Source: Squalus acanthias (lineage: Eukaryota). Taken from it: DNA of 64,000 nt. Shown piece by piece: positions 61,890 through 64,000 of the stretch (positions are counted from its first letter, which is position 1; every line of letters starts with the position of its first letter). The stretch covers positions 35,216,001-35,280,000 of the forward strand of contig CM059449.1 of assembly GCA_030390025.1 (NCBI GenBank), in the 5' to 3' direction. The notes under the pieces are model-generated. The model worked only from the letters and a program-made list of their open reading frames with translations. It searched no databases and had not been told where the DNA came from. The translations under genes were made by a program, and so were the position numbers.

Positions 61890-64000
61890 TTACCGTCCAC
61901 CCACGAGTGCCTGTGCCGCCGTATCAGTGGTCACGGGCACTTCCACTCTGTGGGCTTTGTCTTCTTCCTTCAGCGTCTTCTGCAACAGTTTAACCCACTC
62001 TTGCTGCTTGCGTCTCCTGTTGACTCGACAAGTTATCATTATTAAATATAACACAATCACCAACTGAACAATGAACAAAACGTGGAGGTAATTCTTATCC
62101 AGGAATGAACCTCAATACTCATACCGATATCCCACCAGGACAAATCGCCCCCGACCTTAAGGATTACTTTATGCAGTTCCCGGTTTTTCTGGGCCAAGGT
62201 ATAAAAGTACTTTTGGGACTGACTAACGCATTTCATTAACTCTAACAAGTGTTCTGGCAGAGGTGGAATGTCATCGCTGAATCGAGTCACGTACTGGTGT
62301 AATTGCTCTTTTAGCTTATCTTCTGCAACAATATCTACTTGTCTATGCCAATAAATGCTTAATAAAATCCGCGCCCCAAGTCTCACAGATTGGACGGGGT
62401 AAAACAAAAATTCCCGTCGCATTAGGAAAAGTCAGGTTGTTACTATACCTGTATTCCCGGTGCATTGCAGTGACACAATGGCCCAGAAATTTGACTTGGA
62501 GTCTTGCCGCGGGGGTAGGGATCCCCCGCGATATCACACTCTGCGCCGGCCGTTGTGTTTCGGGCCCACACGAACTTCAGCTCCTGGGCCTCTCCCTGGT
62601 GCCGGCGCGGAGTGTGTGTTTGTCCCAGAGGCGCAGTTAGTTCAATGCGACCTCTGGGATCACGTGGGGCATGGAGAGCCAATGGCAGCACACCATCTTT
62701 CATTCATTGCTTTGACAGGAGAACTGTCAAAACTATGAATAGAAATTGCCCCCAAAAGAACAGCTAAACATCAAATAATTTTTTAAAAAAACATCACATT
62801 CATAAAATAACTATAGTTAAAAAAATTAACCACTTTAAACAAAAATATAAATTTTTGAAAAACTTTAAATTCTTTTTAAAAGTTATAAAAATAAATTTAC
62901 CTTTCTTTAAAGTCTCTAAAAAAGATAAACCTGTTGAAATTTTTTAAAAATAATACTTAATTAACTACTTACCTTGTTAAAAGGGGGTCTTATGCCTCCT
63001 TTTTTCATGTGTAATATCTTCCATACTTACCTTCGTGTTGAAACCTGAAAAAAAACCGAAGTGTGCTGCGTGCGCACAGCCTGTCGTGTGCAAACGGTTC
63101 ACCTCGGAACCGCCCCCTTCACCATACTCGAAGTGCCGGTTTCCCGCGCATGCGCAGTGCATGCAGGAAACCGGCACTTCGGGACTGAATCCGCGAGAGT
63201 GCACAGTTCGTACTCTCCCGTATTCAGCCGAATTTCTGGGCCAATATTCACCCTTCCCACGATACGCAGATCGTACGGGGATGTGCTGTCCCGCAATCAC
63301 TTTGTTGGTGCAGTTCCAATGCTTTCCCATCCTAATCAAAAGAATAAGCAGGGGCTGCGTGTTCTACGACGTCATAAGTGCAGATGAATGTGTCCCAAGC
63401 TTGAGCGCACCCGGTAAGATCTGGGGTCATCCATGTGGTCCCATCCACTCGGGCCACATACTTCGGGGGTTTGTCATACCTTATTCTCCAAGCGGAACAA
63501 AGCATTTGGGGCAAAATGGGGTAATATGATACCATCACTAACAGGGTGATGTTGTTTTGTTCCAGCAAATGGCATTCATGTTTCACCGGGTACACCTGTA
63601 CCTACCCCCTGACTTTACACTTATTCATGGTAAATTGGTAAGTGGACATAGCCCTCAGGTGTCGATCAGTCACCCACGAGGGTAGCTTCCCCTCAGCAAT
63701 GCTCTGCAGGTTTTCATGGGATTGTTCAACTTTCCAAGATGCATATCATTTCGTGCAGCCTCACTAGAGGCATTCCGATCCTCCATTAAAATTTGATTAC
63801 ATATTAGCATGGGATTCTAAATAGTTAACCACATCCTGCAGATGAATGGTCATAATGTGGTCCTCCTTCAATTCATTTTGTTCCAGACCATTCATTTTAT
63901 TCAAAATTTCCCTTAAACGATTTCTAACCGCCTTTACGGATTGATCGAAGCTGACCAAATCTAAACTATTAACGAGGAAGGTTCCAGTGTTAAAAACAGT
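61890..64000 (-). pseudogene. Decayed retroviral-like env (class I fusion protein type), interrupted by MITE M7, continuing beyond the window
   Basis: Hand translation: TVFNTGTFLVNSLDLVSFDQSVKAVRNRLREIL (fusion-peptide and heptad-like), LQSIAEGKLPSWV, WMTPDLTGC...FICTY, a second heptad, SWWDIG, and TM FIVQLVIVLYLIMIT followed by RRRK. Confidence 0.7.
62480..63242 (-). mobile_element. Hairpin-rich MITE copy M7
   Basis: Perfect 12-bp TIRs GGCCCAGAAATT / AATTTCTGGGCC; AAT on both flanks. Confidence 0.92.

Overview
Eukaryotic, repeat-dense vertebrate DNA, most likely a cartilaginous fish (inferred from the CR1/HER1-like LINEs, Neptune-type Penelope elements and GPR139-like receptor paralogues). 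The backbone is a tandem array of three duplicated units of a two-exon class A GPCR. Two genes have open frames (18055-12936 and 46449-44119, both minus strand). The third is a pseudogene whose two exons lie on opposite strands. A B30.2/PRY-SPRY pseudo-exon also lies in the window. Most of the rest is mobile DNA: several CR1 LINEs, a full-length decayed Gypsy element nested in a CR1, a pol-less ERV-like element with a tRNA-Arg PBS, the 3' part of an ERV with a fusion-protein-like env, two Penelope families carrying minimal hammerhead ribozymes, a Harbinger relic, and at least seven ~670-770-bp hairpin-rich MITEs. Best leads: (1) the Gypsy element has no tRNA PBS; instead a 12-nt sequence at that position is perfectly complementary to its own LTR poly(A) signal, and its RT motif is YLDN; (2) both open receptors carry different 3- or 4-residue deletions in TM2; (3) the MITE hairpins show compensatory covariation; (4) short fold-back Penelope units turn around at the hammerhead. 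All calls were made by eye, with no database searches.
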